From contig DIRZ01000002.1 of the NCBI GenBank assembly GCA_002421785.1, forward strand, positions 240,001 through 272,000: DNA of 32,000 nucleotides. Direction: 5' to 3'. Made by a program: the position numbers and the translations under genes. Of this stretch, positions 31,357-32,000 are shown piece after piece. Source of the DNA: Candidatus Saccharimonadota bacterium. Its GTDB lineage: Bacteria; Patescibacteriota; Saccharimonadia; Saccharimonadales; Saccharimonadaceae. How positions within the stretch are numbered: position 1 is the stretch's first letter; each line of letters opens with the position of its first letter. The notes under the pieces were generated by a model. That model ran no database searches and was not told where the DNA came from. It saw nothing but the letters and a program-made list of their open reading frames with translations.

Positions 31357-32000
31357 CTAGGAGCGACCAAAGATTTCTTTAATCGAGAGTTTGCGACTGT
31401 ATTCCAGCGCGCCGTAGCGGAACAGTCGAATCGCGATGAACATTACTACTACAGCGGTAATCGTAAGCAGGGTAATGCTTAGTGCAGCCTCGCTACCCGA
31501 GAGATTTCCCACGGCATTACGCAACATTAGGGGGATGGGCGAGGTGAGCGGGAAGGTAGATAGGAACTGAACGAGCGAATTGTCGGGATTGGAAATAAAG
31601 AGTGATACGGCGTAGAGTGGCCCAAAGATCAACATCATGACGATGCCGAAGAACTGCCCTGCTTCCTTGGCGGTAGGAACGGCGGCGCCCACAGCAACTA
31701 ACAGTCCGGTGAACATCATGAAACTGGCTGCAAAGATAGCCGCGCCCACGCCGATGCGTCCCCAGTTGACGGGAAGTGTAGTCAGGTCAACAAACGGCAA
31801 GTTGAGCTGGTCGTGAAACAGCAGATACCCTATGAGGGCCGGCAGGATGATAATGAGACCCTGAATGAACGCCAGGATAATCAGCGAGATGATTTTGCCG
31901 ATAATCAGTGTGCGCGCTTCGATGGTCGTGAGTATCATTTCAATGACGCGGTTTTCTTTTTCCTCCGTGGTACTGGTAAGCATCTGGTTGCCAAAGAACG
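31357..32000 (-). CDS. ABC-2 type transporter permease (5' end outside window)
   Basis: EKENRVIEMILTT motif followed by five hydrophobic helices. The frame stays open upstream of the listed Met to the window edge (..FFGNQ-MLTST..). Confidence 0.7.
   Translation of the reverse strand, partial: FFGNQMLTSTTEEKENRVIEMILTTIEARTLIIGKIISLIILAFIQGLIIILPALIGYLLFHDQLNLPFVDLTTLPVNWGRIGVGAAIFAASFMMFTGLLVAVGAAVPTAKEAGQFFGIVMMLIFGPLYAVSLFISNPDNSLVQFLSTFPLTSPIPLMLRNAVGNLSGSEAALSITLLTITAVVVMFIAIRLFRYGALEYSRKLSIKEIFGRS

Noticed and set aside
1-32000. CRISPR arrays, rRNA genes, transposases or IS elements
   Set aside because: I saw no regularly spaced direct repeats and no transposase-like ORFs or terminal inverted repeats. 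The only tandem repeat is the in-frame 15-nt unit at 10732-10770.

Overview
Gene-dense bacterial window (about 30 CDS, 5 tRNAs) using the standard genetic code; TGA serves as stop in several ATGA start/stop overlaps. The gene content is expanded VirB2-like hairpin pilin arrays, VirB6/TrbL-like membrane proteins, ComFC, FemAB, a minimal housekeeping set and many apparently leaderless genes. This suggests a reduced-genome Patescibacteria/CPR organism, possibly Saccharibacteria-like, but that is inference only. Layout: (1) 1-8265 plus 9995-10417 is a T4SS-like surface locus with two VirB6/TrbL-like paralogs, a lipoprotein, six tandem pilin-like genes and a seventh copy nearby. (2) 8387-13000 holds hsp20, comFC, four tRNA-Ser isoacceptors, one tRNA-Arg, small membrane proteins and a GC-rich foreign-looking ORF. 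(3) 13089-18193 is housekeeping: HIT, rlmH, valS, tsaD. (4) 18299-22549 is a cell-wall peptide module: a degenerate Mur-ligase paralog, a MurE-like ligase, a guanidino-modifying (amidinotransferase-fold) enzyme and FemAB. (5) 22575-25691 holds orphan genes, including a GC-rich basic mini-protein cassette and a divergent pair of a nuclease-like protein and an atypical PRTase-fold protein. (6) 25770-32000 holds PGI/PMI, a MacB-type ABC operon fused to a nucleoside-deoxyribosyltransferase-like gene, a GC-rich membrane protein, tRNA-Ser(GGA), an orphan 288-aa gene and a partial ABC-2 permease. The two signals I rate highest are the expanded pilin/VirB6 locus and a structured tRNA-derived element. 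That element sits in the 3' trailer of three of the four tRNA-Ser genes. All family calls come from motif recognition by eye; no searches were run.
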